From positions 1 through 50,783 of the forward strand of contig JAUWZV010000003.1 of NCBI GenBank assembly GCA_030615105.1: 50,783 nt of DNA, written 5' to 3'. A program made the position numbers and the translations under genes. Below the pieces are notes generated by a model. That model was given only the letters and a program-made list of their open reading frames with translations. It was not told the DNA's origin and did not search any database. This document shows positions 49,104 through 50,783 of this stretch, piece after piece. Position 1 is the first letter of the stretch; every line of letters starts with the position of its first letter. The stretch is from Desulfobacteraceae bacterium (GTDB lineage: Bacteria > Desulfobacterota > DSM-4660 > Desulfatiglandales > B25-G16).

Positions 49104-49302
49104 CTTCTTTCACCTGGTTGCGGATACGGGCCAGATCGGTGGAATACAGTCCCTCCCTTCTCAAAATTTTCCCCACCGGGGTTTTCCCGGTTTGGGACTC
49201 CAAAAATATCTGGAACTTCTTTTCGGGGGATAGAAAACCCCTTTTCCTTTTACCTTCAGCAAAGAGGGGGCTCAGCACTTTTTTTTCCTTGGTCACACTC
49301 AT
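49087..49302 (-). pseudogene. Transposase OrfA-like HTH fragment (IS3-like)
   Basis: FLSPEKKFQIFLES...VGKILRREGLYSTDLARIR; truncated. Confidence 0.65.
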
Positions 49303-49443
49303 GAAAATGCTGGCAAAGAATTATTTTGCTGATATCATGGGGATTAACCTGGAATTTGCTCTGGAAGCTTATGATTGGGAAGGAAGAAGGGAAACCGGAG
49401 AAGGGAGTCTGAGAGTCGGACACATGTGAAATAGCTTCCACGA

Positions 49444-49725
49444 CTAAACTTCTATCCGTTTCTTGATGAGCCTGTAAACTTCTTTTCTGTGAATTATACC
49501 GAAGATAAAAATACTGTCACTGGAAACTTTGAAAACAACACGGTAATCTCCGACTCTCAACTTCCAGTATCCTTTGAGGGTTCTTCGCAACGGCTTTCCA
49601 TAGGTTTCAGGTTGCATGGCAAGACGATCTTCGATGGCTCTCTTGATCCTGCCCTTGTTTCTCGCATCAATTTTAGGCAGGTCAGATCTTTTAACATCCG
49701 GATGGTATTTGAGTTTGTATGCCAT
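49444..49725 (-). CDS. Type II toxin, RelE/StbE family
   Basis: MAYKLKYHPDV...GKPLRRTLKGYWKLRVGDYRVVF...IIHRKEVY. Confidence 0.9.
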   Translation of the reverse strand: MAYKLKYHPDVKRSDLPKIDARNKGRIKRAIEDRLAMQPETYGKPLRRTLKGYWKLRVGDYRVVFKVSSDSIFIFGIIHRKEVYRLIKKRIEV

Positions 49726-49748
49726 TGCCTTTCCACAAGAGCCGAATC

Positions 49749-49976
49749 TTAAGACCATACATCATCATGGGTTAGCGCCTTAGAGTCATTCCATGATTTT
49801 TCCCTTTTTTCGGCAAATCCAGAAAGGGCAATATCCTCTTGAATCTCCAGGGCCTCTTTGAGCAAATCCCTGACCTTGGCGGACAATGAGACATTATCCT
49901 TTTCTGCCAGAAGTCGGACATCCTGGTAAAGCAAATTGTTCAGGACTACATTTATACGTGGATTCTGAGCCGGCAT
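49749..49976 (-). CDS. Antitoxin, ribbon-helix-helix family
   Basis: NPRINVVL...LAEKDNVSLSAKVRDLLKEALE...LTHDDVW; GGAGG RBS; upstream of the toxin. Confidence 0.82.
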   Translation of the reverse strand: MPAQNPRINVVLNNLLYQDVRLLAEKDNVSLSAKVRDLLKEALEIQEDIALSGFAEKREKSWNDSKALTHDDVWS

Positions 49977-50006
49977 GGTCTTTTCCTCCAGATAAAATTA
50001 AATTTA

Positions 50007-50035
50007 AGTGTAACATCGGTGATACACCATGTCAA
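50007..50035 (-). promoter_or_regulatory. Sigma70-type promoter with an overlapping palindromic operator for the TA operon
   Basis: Minus strand TTGACA (50035-50030), N17, TACACT (50012-50007); imperfect palindrome gtgtaacatcggtgatacac at 50008-50027. Confidence 0.65.
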
Positions 50036-50051
50036 ATTAAAAATGGGTTGG

Positions 50052-50460
50052 GAGGCGATTTACTAATTACTACCAGCAGGCGTTTGGCGATATTCCAGGG
50101 ATTGACTTTATGCCAGAAGCTCCCTATGGGAAATTGAATTGCTGGCTTACGGTGGTTTTAATTACGCCGGAGAAGTTTGGGGCGGACCGGGAAGCTGTGC
50201 GGATAGCTTTGGATGAAGAAAATATCGAGGCAAGGCCGGTGTGGAAACCGATGCATCTTCAACCTGTATTCCAGGTTGAAGCTGAAAGCTCAAAGCCGAA
50301 AGACCAAAGCAATTCTAAAAGTAGATACAGTGCAAGAGCGGTTGGGGGAGAGGTGGCTGAGGATTTATTCAACCGTGGCCTTTGTCTCCCTTCCGGCACT
50401 GCCATGGCCGAACAAGACCTCAACCGCGTCATTGACATCATCAAACACTGCCATCGGTAA
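50052..50460 (+). pseudogene. C-terminal fragment of a DegT/DnrJ family aminotransferase (PglE/WecE-like)
   Basis: IPGIDFMPE...NCWLT...NIEARPVWKPMHLQPVF...GLCLPSGT; N-terminal two-thirds absent. Confidence 0.82.
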
Positions 50461-50783
50461 CCCCCCTTCCCCTCCTATACCCTTTACCCATTTCTGCTTA
50501 AGGTTTACCCGCCGTTATTGTGGCGGGCTGTTTTGGGTAATTTTTTGAAAGCAGTTTAGAAAAGGATTACAATAGGCAGCGGTTTGTTGCGAATTTTTCC
50601 CAAAAAGGAGAAAGACATCATTGAAAATTACCGAATGCTTGTGGCTAGCCCAAGTTTACAAATTATGACGACTTATTATACATAAATTGAGTTAAATAAA
50701 CAACTTAGCCGTCGTAATGTGTTAGCCCTAACAATATGGTGATTTTATTAGCATATAACTACTGATTATTGTTGACATAACTG

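Noticed and set aside
34-50548. Numerous 60-130 aa ORFs antisense to or nested in the large genes
   Set aside because: No motifs or RBS support; expected by chance.
1-50783. tRNA or rRNA genes
   Set aside because: None recognised by eye.

Overview
Most of the window (about 1-46400, all on the + strand) is a large, partly decayed surface-glycan (LPS/capsule/EPS) biosynthesis and decoration locus. It holds about 10 glycosyltransferases, four cobalamin-binding radical SAM enzymes, one radical SAM/SPASM enzyme, six class I SAM methyltransferases, three UDP-GlcNAc 2-epimerase copies, deacetylases, a formyltransferase, an aminotransferase, WbqC, a GNAT, a CapK-like CoA ligase, a D-glucuronyl C5-epimerase, a truncated heparinase II/III-like gene, a 989-aa exported carbohydrate-active-like protein and a WbpL/MraY-type initiating transferase. 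No wzx/wzy or ABC exporter was recognised in the window. Gene content and repeat style suggest an anaerobic deltaproteobacterium-like host (inference only). Gaps between gene modules and the last 4.5 kb contain small mobile DNA: two RelE/ParE toxin-antitoxin pairs, IS3 remnants, an ORF-deleted group II intron, and GxxExxY (PD-(D/E)XK) genes bracketed by 27-bp inverted repeats. The most striking signal is a family of about 18 tiny palindromic insertion elements (CCCnGTTAAAT...ATTTAACnGGG plus a 4-nt tail, with covarying variants) that nest inside one another. One member, at 38877-39225, carries an 84-aa GIY-YIG nuclease gene missed by the ORF track. This looks like an autonomous/non-autonomous pair of a possibly undescribed GIY-YIG-driven mini mobile element.
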